From NCBI GenBank assembly GCA_016181175.1, contig JACOZV010000004.1:73718-126662 (forward strand): 52,945 nt of DNA. Direction: 5' to 3'. Under the pieces are notes generated by a model. That model searched no databases. It was given only the letters and a program-made list of their open reading frames with translations, and was not told where the DNA came from. Positions 17,455-26,308 of the stretch are shown piece after piece; the stretch's first letter is position 1, and each line of letters opens with the position of its first letter. A program made the position numbers and the translations under genes. Origin of the DNA: Candidatus Yanofskybacteria bacterium (GTDB taxonomy: Bacteria; Patescibacteriota; Minisyncoccia; 2-02-FULL-40-12; IGHO2-01-FULL-4-A).

Positions 17455-18522
17455 TCAAAACAATGGCGGTATTTTTGAGTCTACCAAAAAAATTATCAGT
17501 CCGATTATTGCTCCTATTGCGCTGATCATCCAGAATCGCATAGTTACTTGCGTCTCTGGCCAGCCGCGGGCCTCAAAGTGATGGTGAATCGGCGTGGAAA
17601 GAAAAATCTTCTTGCCCCGCAACCGCTTAGATGACAGCTGAATAATTACCGACAACGACTCAATTATGAATACTGCCCCAATCGGTATTAAAAGAAGTGG
17701 CGTATTGGTAAGCATCGCAATAATGCCCAACACCACACCCAAAGACATTGAGCCGGTATCGCCCATGAAAAATCTGGCCGGAAAAATGTTATACCACAAA
17801 AATGCTATCAGCGCGCCCATTATTGCCGCTATAAAAGTCACTAGATCCATCCTGCCCTGGTCAAAAGCAATGGCGCCGTAAGCGGCAAACATGGTTAGAA
17901 ATGTACCTGCCGCCAAACCGTCCAGACCGTCTGTTTCGTTGGCAGAAAATGAAGTGGCGACAATAACCAAAATAAAGAATGGTATATACCACCAGCCAAT
18001 GGTAAAATCCCCAAGAAACGGAATATTTAAAGAATTGAAGCCGAGCTTATAGAAAAACCACCAAGCGCCGCCTGCGGCCACTACCGTGTAAAGCAACAGA
18101 CGGTATTTCATCCTTAACCCGCCGCCTTTAGGACCGATGCGCATAACGCCCAAAATGTCATCGGCCAATCCAACCAACGCCGCGACAGCCAAAGCACCCA
18201 ACGGCAGCCAGGTTTGACCACGAGAAAAAAAATTAACACGCGACCAAAAACCGTCAACAGATTTGGAAAGATACCAGAAAAGCAAGGTCAAAATTGTCAC
18301 TGTAACCCAAATTAAAACTCCGCCCATAGTCGGAGTACCCTCCTTTGACTTGTGAAGCCGATTAAAAATCGGAGCGCCTTCAGCGCGCAGTTGTTTCCCC
18401 ATCTTGTACTTATACAGAATCTTCATCCAAAGCGGCGTCAGCGCCAGGGAAACAAAAAACGCCAGTGCCGCCACCACGAAAACTCTAACTACATTAAAAA
18501 TTGTGAAAATATTTTCTGCCAT
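17455..18522 (-). CDS. mraY: Phospho-N-acetylmuramoyl-pentapeptide transferase
   Basis: 355 aa. MraY motifs: TPTMGG, NETDGLDGLA, GDTGS, HHHFE. Confidence 0.93.
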   Translation of the reverse strand: MAENIFTIFNVVRVFVVAALAFFVSLALTPLWMKILYKYKMGKQLRAEGAPIFNRLHKSKEGTPTMGGVLIWVTVTILTLLFWYLSKSVDGFWSRVNFFSRGQTWLPLGALAVAALVGLADDILGVMRIGPKGGGLRMKYRLLLYTVVAAGGAWWFFYKLGFNSLNIPFLGDFTIGWWYIPFFILVIVATSFSANETDGLDGLAAGTFLTMFAAYGAIAFDQGRMDLVTFIAAIMGALIAFLWYNIFPARFFMGDTGSMSLGVVLGIIAMLTNTPLLLIPIGAVFIIESLSVIIQLSSKRLRGKKIFLSTPIHHHFEARGWPETQVTMRFWMISAIGAIIGLIIFLVDSKIPPLF

Positions 18523-19461
18523 TTATTCCCAGCTATAAGCTGTCTTTCCCCATTCGATTAGCTTCTCGGTTTCTCCAAAACGATTCTGCGAACCAAGTAC
18601 TACGGAAATGAGGCCGTCGCCAACGTTGTCTAATCCGACCTCAAGAACCATTGTGCCAAGGGCATTGTCCGTATATCCGGTTTTACCGATTATAATCCCC
18701 CGAATCTGGTTAAGCAATTGATTGGTATTAACCAAGTGGTGCGGTATCCTGCCATCCGCAGAACTCACGTCCATCGTTGTTGCTTTTAGTGTTCCGGAAA
18801 TTAACTCGTAACTTTTGGCGTAACTAACCAATTTTATCAAATCTGAAGCAGTTGAAAAAGCATCATAATCATCCAAACCCGCCGGATCAGTAAATTTGCT
18901 GTTGGCCATACCCAAGTTTTGGGCTTTTTCATTCATTTTGGCAACAAAATCGATGCCCAATTTTTGCGCTTCAGTGGCCAAGGTCAATGCCGCGTCATTT
19001 GACGATTTAACAAGCATAATCTTAAAAAGATCAGCCACGCGCAATTGTTCGTTTTTAAAAAGATCGGCACCATTACCATCCACGTTTATAGACTCCACCG
19101 GCACGGAAAAAATTTGATTAAGATCCAAGTTCTCTAAAACCACAATGGCACTCATTAGCTTAGTAATTGAAGCGATGGGCAATCTTTTGTTGATATTTTT
19201 TGCAAAAAGAAAACGTCCGGATTTAACGTCAACCAAAGCAGCGGCTCTAGCTTCGATTTCCGGTTCCGGCACATTAAAATCTCTGACCGGTGAATAGCTA
19301 ATTTCTGAAACCGGCAAAAGGAATGCTTGTTGTCCTTCACTTGGCGGTTGAACCGCCAAGTTGGTGTTTGGGACATCTACCGGATATCCGAAAATAAAAA
19401 AAACCGCCCCACTGACCAACCCGCCCAAAACAATTGTAAATAAGATTACATTTGGCCTCAT
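18523..19461 (-). CDS. D-alanyl-D-alanine carboxypeptidase (peptidase S11)
   Basis: N-terminal TM anchor. SITKLM (SxxK), SSND (SxN) and KTGYT (KTG) motifs appear in the correct order. Confidence 0.85.
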   Translation of the reverse strand: MRPNVILFTIVLGGLVSGAVFFIFGYPVDVPNTNLAVQPPSEGQQAFLLPVSEISYSPVRDFNVPEPEIEARAAALVDVKSGRFLFAKNINKRLPIASITKLMSAIVVLENLDLNQIFSVPVESINVDGNGADLFKNEQLRVADLFKIMLVKSSNDAALTLATEAQKLGIDFVAKMNEKAQNLGMANSKFTDPAGLDDYDAFSTASDLIKLVSYAKSYELISGTLKATTMDVSSADGRIPHHLVNTNQLLNQIRGIIIGKTGYTDNALGTMVLEVGLDNVGDGLISVVLGSQNRFGETEKLIEWGKTAYSWE

Positions 19462-19490
19462 TTAATTTAAGCTTGGAAGAGCGAACCCCG

Positions 19491-19681
19491 TCAAAAATTA
19501 CAAACCCCAAGCCGATACCAATCGGCGGTTTTTATCGTTCATAGATTGATAAGAAAGGTGCTAGCCCGACGGATGTACCGGCGGAGGCGCGCGCGTTTTG
19601 CGCCTGTCCCGAAGGGCCAGCAAAACACGCGCGCGTAGCCGGTAAATAAAGTTTTGTGCTAATTAAGTTTGTAATTTTTGA
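19491..19681 (+). repeat. TIR-bounded structured intergenic element, copy C
   Basis: Same termini and the same two hairpins as copy A. The central spacer has diverged. The inverted repeat extends to CCGTC/GACGG (19488-19684). Confidence 0.75.
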
Positions 19682-19693
19682 CGGAGGCGAGCG

Positions 19694-21082
19694 TCATTTT
19701 TTAATTTGTAAATGCAGTTCTTTTAGCTGTTTTTCTTCCAACTCGGAAGGGCTATCCATCATAAGATCTCTTGCGTCACCGGTTTTGGGAAAAGCAATCA
19801 CTTCGCGTATATTCGGTTCTCCAACCAATACCGCCACCAGCCGATCCAATCCCCAAGCAATACCACCATGCGGCGGCGCGCCGTAGGATAAGGCGTCCAG
19901 CATGTGCCCAAAGTTTTTGACAGTTCTTTCTTCTTCAAACCCAATTATCTCAAAAACTTTTTTCAAAGCTTCGGCTTGATGGTTGCGGATGCTCCCGCCT
20001 CCGATTTCAAAACCATTTAATATCACGTCGTATTGTGTCGTTAAAATCTCGCCGATATTTTTCTTTTCCATTAACCATTCCGAATGCTCCGGCCTAGGCG
20101 CGGAAAAAGGATTATGAGTGAATGTCCACTCGCCATTATCAGTTTTTTCAAAAAAAGGAAAATCAATAATCCAGCAAAATGCCAAAAGGTTAGGGTCATC
20201 GGGATGCTCGCGCAAGTCAGGTCTGTCAGTACCATATTTTTCCATTGCCTCTTTGTGGGTTAGCCGCGGAAATGGAACTTCTTGAATTTTTTTATCGGGC
20301 ATAATGTTTTTAATCAGTTCGATCAATAAGGACTCGTTCACAACCATCACATCTTCGCGTTCCACAAATGACATTTCCAAATCAAGCTGGGTAAATTCCG
20401 GCTGTCTGTCACCGCGGGTATCTTCGTCACGAAAACAGCGAGCAATCTGGAAATACTTTTCGATACCGGCAACCATCAATAACTGTTTGTATTGCTGTGG
20501 TGATTGCGGCAAAGCATAAAATTTACCAGAATATAAGCGAGAAGGCACCACGTAATCACGCGCACCTTCGGGAGTAGATTTAGTAAGTATCGGGGTTTCA
20601 ACTTCAATAAAGCCCCTTCCGTCCAAGTAATCGCGAATAAATTTTGTTACTTTGTGGCGTAAAATCATATTTTTTTGCATCCTTTCGCGCCTTAAATCAA
20701 GATAACGGTATTTCATCCTGTGGTCCTCGCCTATTTCCCGCCCATCAGTATCCAGCGCAAATGGCGGAGTAACCGCTTGGTTTAAAACCTCCAAAGATTC
20801 AGGCTGAATCTCTATTTTGCCGGTTTCTATTTCATCGTTAACCATCGCCTCCGGCCTTGCCGCCACCTTGCCAATAATTTTCAAAACCCATTCCGAGCGT
20901 AATGTGTTCGCAGTTTCGTATAGTTCTTTTTGTTGCGGCGTAAAAACAACCTGGACAACCCCGGATCGGTCGCGCAAATCAATAAAAATAATTTTGCCGT
21001 GATCTCGACGGCCATGCACCCAGCCAAAAAGCTCCGCATCTTCACCAATCTTATTTTTTGTTTCCGCAATTAGAGTTCGCAT
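19694..21082 (-). CDS. aspS: Aspartate--tRNA ligase, bacterial-type motifs but lacking the GAD insertion domain
   Basis: 462 aa. OB-fold N-terminus, motif 2 FRDEDTRGDRQPEFTQLDLEMSF and motif 3 GGIAWGLDRL. Only about 10 residues separate GTDRPDLR from FCWIIDFPFF. Confidence 0.92.
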   Translation of the reverse strand: MRTLIAETKNKIGEDAELFGWVHGRRDHGKIIFIDLRDRSGVVQVVFTPQQKELYETANTLRSEWVLKIIGKVAARPEAMVNDEIETGKIEIQPESLEVLNQAVTPPFALDTDGREIGEDHRMKYRYLDLRRERMQKNMILRHKVTKFIRDYLDGRGFIEVETPILTKSTPEGARDYVVPSRLYSGKFYALPQSPQQYKQLLMVAGIEKYFQIARCFRDEDTRGDRQPEFTQLDLEMSFVEREDVMVVNESLLIELIKNIMPDKKIQEVPFPRLTHKEAMEKYGTDRPDLREHPDDPNLLAFCWIIDFPFFEKTDNGEWTFTHNPFSAPRPEHSEWLMEKKNIGEILTTQYDVILNGFEIGGGSIRNHQAEALKKVFEIIGFEEERTVKNFGHMLDALSYGAPPHGGIAWGLDRLVAVLVGEPNIREVIAFPKTGDARDLMMDSPSELEEKQLKELHLQIKK

Positions 21083-21114
21083 TTAACCTAATAGTATTAT
21101 AAAAAACAAAACTA

Positions 21115-21148
21115 GGCAAAATGAAAACAGGATTTTCATCCTGTTTTA
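21115..21148 (-). terminator. Intrinsic terminator after the TonB_C gene
   Basis: Minus strand: AAAACAGGAT-gaaa-ATCCTGTTTT then CATTTT. The stem overlaps the stop codon. Confidence 0.55.
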
Positions 21149-22072
21149 AAGCAACCTGAATATTACCTCAATGATAACGCTGACAATAACGGGTTTGTCT
21201 TCTTTGGTTCCGGGTTTAAATTTCCATTGTTTTACCGCTTCAACCGCTCTTTCGTCTAACCTTAAACCCAAACCTCTGCGAACCAAAACTTTTCTGACAT
21301 TACCATTGGTATCTATTTCCACGTAAAGAATAACTGTGCCTTGAAGTTTTGCCTTGCGAGCTTCGTCGGAATATTCCGGGTTAATTTTTTTTAAAAGTTG
21401 CGGAGGTTCCACACCGTTGCCAACTCCCAACGCGTCTCCGCCCATACCACCGTCTGATCCGGGACCAATGCCGGAACCAGTACCAGATCCGACTCCACCG
21501 CCGCTGCCAGTACCGATACCCCCGCCGAAACCGGGACCGTTTGACGGCAGAACAATATTCCCCAAAATATCCCCCAGCGGTCCAAGACTGACAGGCGGCT
21601 GTTTTAATTCCGGGGGCACGATTACACTCGGCTCCATAGCCAGTTTTGGCACATCATTTCTAATTTTCACCGATGGCGGTGTAAATTGCTTTAAAGAGAA
21701 TTTGGGCGGGTTGCCCTTACTTGCCGGCTGAGGCGACCTATCGCCCCCACCGCCACCGCCTCCGGTTTTTTTAGTCTGCGGAAGATAGATTGCGCTATTA
21801 TTAGGCAAAATTATAAAAACTTCTGATGAAGTTACCGGTTTTTTGTTAAAAAGACCAGACTCTCCGGCAACAAAAACACACACCACCACGATAACGTGGG
21901 CAATACCCGACAATAGTAATCCCTTCTTTGGGTTGTGCCTGCTTAAAATATCTTTAACGGGTATTGGGCTTGAGGTAACGACAAGAGGCGGGTCTTTGCC
22001 TCTTTTTTTAAGGAACCGGCCCAAGAACTCACCCAATTCAGAAAAAACTCTCTTTTCTTCTGTTAAAAACAT
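21146..22072 (-). CDS. TonB C-terminal-domain protein with Gly-rich linker
   Basis: A single TM segment (LLLSGIAHVIVVVCVFVA), Gly-rich low-complexity sequence, and a C-terminal PEYSDEARKAKLQGTVILYVEIDTNGNV...AVEAVKQWKFKPG that matches the TonB_C fold signature. Confidence 0.65.
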   Translation of the reverse strand: MFLTEEKRVFSELGEFLGRFLKKRGKDPPLVVTSSPIPVKDILSRHNPKKGLLLSGIAHVIVVVCVFVAGESGLFNKKPVTSSEVFIILPNNSAIYLPQTKKTGGGGGGGDRSPQPASKGNPPKFSLKQFTPPSVKIRNDVPKLAMEPSVIVPPELKQPPVSLGPLGDILGNIVLPSNGPGFGGGIGTGSGGGVGSGTGSGIGPGSDGGMGGDALGVGNGVEPPQLLKKINPEYSDEARKAKLQGTVILYVEIDTNGNVRKVLVRRGLGLRLDERAVEAVKQWKFKPGTKEDKPVIVSVIIEVIFRLL

Positions 22073-22140
22073 TGCCTTCCTTACATTTCTTGAACCAATC
22101 AGTTGTTATAACTATCATCCGCTGATTTGAAAGTTTGTCA

Positions 22141-22257
22141 ACCCCGTTAGAAGTCGCCCTTACTGGTTTATTTTCAACAACTATTAATAACTTAAAAGTT
22201 TACCGAAACAGTTTTAACTTATGCATAAGGCTGCACAGCAGCGACTTCTAACGGGGT
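22141..22257. repeat. 17-bp perfect inverted repeat enclosing an 83-bp AT-rich segment
   Basis: ACCCCGTTAGAAGTCGC at 22141-22157 and GCGACTTCTAACGGGGT at 22241-22257. The interior contains the palindrome CTTATGCATAAG. Confidence 0.8.
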
Positions 22258-22284
22258 CAATATCAACAAGCAACGCTCAAAAAT

Positions 22285-22312
22285 AAAACACCGCGCTCAA
22301 GCGCGGTGTTTT
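22285..22312 (-). terminator. Intrinsic terminator after rpsG
   Basis: AAAACACCGCGC-ttga-GCGCGGTGTTTT followed by ATTTTT on the minus strand. Confidence 0.75.
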
Positions 22313-22326
22313 ATTGAATCAAATCA

Positions 22327-22794
22327 TTACCAGGCAAAGTGGGCAAAAGCCTTATTGGCTTCGGCCATTCTGTGAGTGTCCGTTTTCTTTTTTATCGCCA
22401 CTCCGGTGTTGTTATACGCATTGATAATTTCTTGAGCTAATTTTTCCTGCATCGGCTTACCCTTTTGACTACGGGCCGCATCAATAATCCACCTAAAAGC
22501 TAACGCCATTTTACGTTCCCCTCTCACTTCGTAGGGAACCTGATAATTAGCACCGCCGATTCTGCGAGACTTGAGTTCAAGCTGTGGCCCAGCGTTATTC
22601 AATGCCATATCAAGCACTTCCAGGGCTGGTTTTTTAATTTCCTTTTCTGCGCGCTCCAAAGCCCCGTAGACAATCTTCTCCGCCGTAGACCTCTTGCCAC
22701 TACTCATCACCTTATTGATTAACTTAACAACCAAAAGAGATGAGTACTTATAATCCGGCTCAACTATTATTTTTTTCTTTATTGGTTTGCGCAT
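22327..22794 (-). CDS. rpsG: 30S ribosomal protein S7
   Basis: 155 aa with canonical S7 sequence (PD.KY.S.LV..LIN.VM..GK...AEKIVY). Confidence 0.95.
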   Translation of the reverse strand: MRKPIKKKIIVEPDYKYSSLLVVKLINKVMSSGKRSTAEKIVYGALERAEKEIKKPALEVLDMALNNAGPQLELKSRRIGGANYQVPYEVRGERKMALAFRWIIDAARSQKGKPMQEKLAQEIINAYNNTGVAIKKKTDTHRMAEANKAFAHFAW

Positions 22795-22796
22795 TT

Positions 22797-23207
22797 TTAT
22801 TTGGGTCTTTTGGCTCCATACTTACTTCTGCCCCTGCGTCTTGCATCAACTCCAGCGGAATCTAGGCGGCCGCGTACTATGTGATACTGGACGCCAGGCA
22901 AGTCCTTGACTCTACCGCCACGCAATGTAACCACAGAGTGTTCTTGCAAATTATGTCCTACACCGGGAATATAAGCCGTTACTTCCATGCCATTAGTCAA
23001 TCTAACACGAGCAAATTTACGCAATGCAGAATTTGGCTTTTTTGGTGTCATGGTGCCAACTTTTATCGCTACTCCGCGCTTGAAAGGTGCATTAAAAAAA
23101 ATGGGTTTATTCTCAAGGCTGTTGAAACCAAACGACAAAGCCGGCGATCTTGTTTTCGTTTTAGCCCTGCTACGAGGATGTTTTAATAACTGATTTATTG
23201 TAGGCAT
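22797..23207 (-). CDS. rpsL: 30S ribosomal protein S12
   Basis: MPTINQLLK...[51 protein letters not shown]. Confidence 0.95.
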   Translation of the reverse strand: MPTINQLLKHPRSRAKTKTRSPALSFGFNSLENKPIFFNAPFKRGVAIKVGTMTPKKPNSALRKFARVRLTNGMEVTAYIPGVGHNLQEHSVVTLRGGRVKDLPGVQYHIVRGRLDSAGVDARRRGRSKYGAKRPK

Positions 23208-23249
23208 TTTATCTTTACAATTAGGCTACATTAAAAGGCGTTTTCGCCT

Positions 23250-23858
23250 TTATCCAATTATAATCCTAAATAATAAATTAATCAAGGGAAAAAGTAGAGG
23301 GAAAATAAAAATTAAAAAGATAATAAAAAGTATAAAATTATACCGCAACATGAATACCTTAACCGCCGTAAATCTAGCCGGTAAAAATGTCAGTAATAAC
23401 CAGTGGCCATCCAGAGGCGGAATTGGCATTAAATTAAAGATTGCGAGCGTCAAATTAAGCAATACAATAAAAGATAGGAGTTGCGGCAATACGGTCGCCT
23501 CAAGAGATGCAGGCAAAAATCTTATCAAAGTTCCAAATAAAATGGCAATTATTATATTAACTGCAGGGCCCGCAAAAGCCACCTTGGCCGGGCCAAATTT
23601 TCTATCATTCAAGTTGGCCGGATTATATGGCACCGGTTTAGCATAACCAAAAACAAAACCACCGGCCCAAAAAGTAAAGAGCGGTAAAAGCACGGAACCA
23701 AACCAATCAAGATGTTTGAGGGGATTTAATGTAATCCTGCCCAGGTCTTTGGCTGTATCATCGCCCATACTATGAGCAATCACGCCATGGGATACTTCGT
23801 GTAAAACAACCGAAAACAAGACAACGATTATATTAAATAATCCGATAACCAATGACAT
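23250..23858 (-). CDS. Site-2 protease family (peptidase M50) membrane protein
   Basis: HEVSHGVIAH (HExxH) within the first TM region, a later NLMPIPPLDG motif, and about 6 TM segments. Confidence 0.75.
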   Translation of the reverse strand: MSLVIGLFNIIVVLFSVVLHEVSHGVIAHSMGDDTAKDLGRITLNPLKHLDWFGSVLLPLFTFWAGGFVFGYAKPVPYNPANLNDRKFGPAKVAFAGPAVNIIIAILFGTLIRFLPASLEATVLPQLLSFIVLLNLTLAIFNLMPIPPLDGHWLLLTFLPARFTAVKVFMLRYNFILFIIFLIFIFPLLFPLINLLFRIIIG

Positions 23859-23898
23859 ATACTTGCAAGATTAGCAATTTTAAGTTAATGTGTAAACC

Positions 23899-24081
23899 AT
23901 GACCAGATGTCCGCGTTGCGGCAAAAAACCGGTGATGGCAAATAAACGCAAACTTTTGCGCGGTCATTATAATCCCGTAAATCGCTATCGCAAATATCCC
24001 AATCTGCAGTGGGCCAACATTGACGGCAAACGCATCATGATTTGCACCTCGTGTATTAAAACACTTGGCAAAATAAAATAG
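23899..24081 (+). CDS. rpmB: 50S ribosomal protein L28 (zinc-ribbon variant)
   Basis: MTRCPRCGKKPVMANKR...RYRKYPNLQW fits the L28 pattern M.R.C..GK.p..gN...R..PNLq. It has two CxxC pairs. Confidence 0.65.
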   Translation: MTRCPRCGKKPVMANKRKLLRGHYNPVNRYRKYPNLQWANIDGKRIMICTSCIKTLGKIK

Positions 24082-24085
24082 GGCA

Positions 24086-24156
24086 CGGGGTATAGTGCAA
24101 CGGTAGCACGAGTCCATGGGGTGGATTTAGTCCCGGTTCGAATCCGGGTACCCCGA
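24086..24156 (+). tRNA. tRNA-Pro (anticodon GGG)
   Basis: CGGGGTA-TA-GTGC-AACGGTA-GCAC-G-AGTCC-ATGGGGT-GGATT-TAGT-CCCGG-TTCGAAT-CCGGG-TACCCCG-A. G37 is consistent with tRNA-Pro. No CCA is encoded. Confidence 0.85.
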
Positions 24157-24162
24157 CATGTT

Positions 24163-24200
24163 ATAACAAAAACCGGCCATACGTGGTCGGTTTTTGTTAT
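24163..24200. terminator. Bidirectional hairpin terminator between tRNA-Pro and the convergent Nudix gene
   Basis: ATAACAAAAACCG-gccatacgtggt-CGGTTTTTGTTAT, a 13-bp stem with A/T runs on both sides. Confidence 0.65.
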
Positions 24201-24215
24201 AATGAGCTTTTTAGT

Positions 24216-24701
24216 TCAAAATCTTTGCCATTCAGTTTTTTTACTCTTGCGTTGATTTTCAGCCATTAGTAATTCATCATATATACCATCGATAAGTTTG
24301 TAATTTACGGCTTCTTCGAGTGTAACCCACTGGAATTGATCGGTTTCGTCCGGCTGTAACACAACATCGCCAGACTGATAATCGGCTAAACAAGAAATGA
24401 CCAGCGAAGGATTGCCATCACCATGCACCGTAGCCAAACTTGTCACATATGCGATATTTGTAATATCCAAACCAACTTCTTCTTTCACTTCACGCCGCAG
24501 AACTTTTTCAAGAACATTGTACCAATAGTCAGTCGTGTCTTTGGGTAAGTTTATGTAATCATCTGTTTCCAATTTACCGCCGGGCACAGTCCACATCCCA
24601 GGAAAGCGTTTTTTGTTGAAAGAACGGCGAGTAATCAAATATTTGCCGTCTTTAACGATAATTGCTGTAATAGCCACTTCGTGTAAAAATTTATTATCCA
24701 T
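24216..24701 (-). CDS. Nudix hydrolase
   Basis: Nudix box GGKLETDDYINLPKD...REVKEEVGL. 161 aa. Confidence 0.8.
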   Translation of the reverse strand: MDNKFLHEVAITAIIVKDGKYLITRRSFNKKRFPGMWTVPGGKLETDDYINLPKDTTDYWYNVLEKVLRREVKEEVGLDITNIAYVTSLATVHGDGNPSLVISCLADYQSGDVVLQPDETDQFQWVTLEEAVNYKLIDGIYDELLMAENQRKSKKTEWQRF

Positions 24702-24729
24702 ATTAAAATTTATAAAAAATTTAAAAGCT

Positions 24730-25233
24730 TTAATCTTCTTTTAGAGTAAATTTCGTATACGACGGCTTGTGATTTACCAACTCTTCGTGTTTAAACCAAA
24801 CGCTTATTTCCGCCTCTGCCTCTTCGGGTGAAGCCGAGGCGTGAATAAGATTGAAAACTCCGATTTTTTTATCATCGGCATAGCCATATGAAACATGGGT
24901 ATAATCCCCCCTGATGGTACCCGGGACGGCAACCTTGGGTTCGGTGGCACCGACCATTTTTCTGGCAACTTCAACCATCTCCACACCTTCAAGAACCAAA
25001 GCAACAATCGGACCAGAAATTAACATGTCAATCATTCTTTGTCTGATTGTCTCCCCCCTCCTTTGAGCCAGGTCTTCCGTATAATGTTTCATGGCAGTAT
25101 CTTTTTCAGATACCAACATCTTCAGACCAACAATCTTAACGCCAACACGTTCAAATCTGGTGATTATCTCACCTATTATTCCCCTATCTAGAGCGTCTGG
25201 TTTTAATAAAATTAGTGTTCTTTGTAATATCAT
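24730..25233 (-). CDS. ndk: Nucleoside-diphosphate kinase
   Basis: RTLILLKPDALDRGIIGEIITRFE..G.KIVGLKM and the catalytic His region NLIHAS. Confidence 0.9.
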   Translation of the reverse strand: MILQRTLILLKPDALDRGIIGEIITRFERVGVKIVGLKMLVSEKDTAMKHYTEDLAQRRGETIRQRMIDMLISGPIVALVLEGVEMVEVARKMVGATEPKVAVPGTIRGDYTHVSYGYADDKKIGVFNLIHASASPEEAEAEISVWFKHEELVNHKPSYTKFTLKED

Positions 25234-25279
25234 GGTTTTAGTTAACTATTTTGAGCTTGAAGAATAATGTCTTATAGCA

Positions 25280-25380
25280 CCGTTGAAAGGGTGGATTGCA
25301 TGGTCACCGAGCAGTATAATGGTTGAACTGCGAGGTGAATCCACGCTTTCAACGGAGCGACGCAACCTCGCTGGGGTTGC
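25280..25380 (-). promoter_or_regulatory. Highly structured ~100-nt segment between the MBL gene and ndk (candidate leader or processing RNA)
   Basis: The 18-nt arms CCGTTGAAAGGGTGGATT (25280-25297) and AATCCACGCTTTCAACGG (25338-25355) have one mismatch. They enclose a nested hairpin CACCGAGCAG/CTGCGAGGTG. A second hairpin GCAACC-tcgctgg-GGTTGC lies at 25362-25380. Confidence 0.35.
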
Positions 25381-25398
25381 TAGCGGTGATAGAAAGCA

Positions 25399-26283
25399 TT
25401 ATTCATCAAGCTCAATTTCATAATTTTGACCATCCAATATTAATTCCACCACGCCATCAATATCCGTCCGATAATATTTTATATCATATTTTTTAAGCCG
25501 ATCCAAGATTCCTTGATAAGGAAGGCCATATTTATTTTTCTTTCCGACTTCAATAAAAGCCACCTCGGGATTAACTGTTTTCAAAAAATCCTCCGTCGTA
25601 GATGTTTTACTGCCATGGTGACCTATCTTTAAAAATTGGGCGCTTAAACTGGCTCCACTGGCCAGAAGCTTATATTCAATCTTGGCCTCGGCATCGCCCA
25701 TAAACAATATGCCGTCGTCGCCGTAGTCCAGGCGCAATACCACCATTGCATCATGCGAATTTCTAAGCGATGCGTCATCAGCATCAGGATCGGGCGGAGA
25801 CAAAATTGTAAGTTTCGCCCCGCCGCCTAAGTCAATAATTTGTCCGGCTTCTGCTTGAGTAGTTATAAATGAAGATTTTTCTTTATTCCATTCGGCATAG
25901 TCTGCCGTATTATACGAGGTATAATTTTCAATTATCTGTCCGACTTCGTATTTTTTTAAAATCTCAATTAATCCTGCAACATGATCAGCATGAGGATGTG
26001 TCAGTATAACCAAATCAATTGATTGGTCATAAAACGGCATAATCCTGCCAAGCTCTTGCAGAATTCTGCCGTCCGGTCCCCCATCAATAAGCACTTGGTT
26101 GCCATTAAAATCTATTAGTTCGGCATCACCTTGTCCTACGTCAAGAAAATAAACATGCAACAGGCCATCGCTTTGAGCCCCGGCATTAACGGCGACAAAA
26201 CTTAAAACAACAGCGGCAGTTATGAAAATGAAAACTGACCACTCAAGTTTGGATAACTTACGCAAAGACAGTGAAGCTGGCAT
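25399..26283 (-). CDS. Membrane-anchored MBL-fold metallo-hydrolase (stand-alone ComEC C-terminal-type domain)
   Basis: N-terminal TM anchor, HPHADHVAG metallo-beta-lactamase motif and a later GHHGS. It lies immediately downstream of comEC. Confidence 0.8.
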   Translation of the reverse strand: MPASLSLRKLSKLEWSVFIFITAAVVLSFVAVNAGAQSDGLLHVYFLDVGQGDAELIDFNGNQVLIDGGPDGRILQELGRIMPFYDQSIDLVILTHPHADHVAGLIEILKKYEVGQIIENYTSYNTADYAEWNKEKSSFITTQAEAGQIIDLGGGAKLTILSPPDPDADDASLRNSHDAMVVLRLDYGDDGILFMGDAEAKIEYKLLASGASLSAQFLKIGHHGSKTSTTEDFLKTVNPEVAFIEVGKKNKYGLPYQGILDRLKKYDIKYYRTDIDGVVELILDGQNYEIELDE

Positions 26284-26308
26284 TAGTTCCTCATAACATA
26301 AAAGTTCA

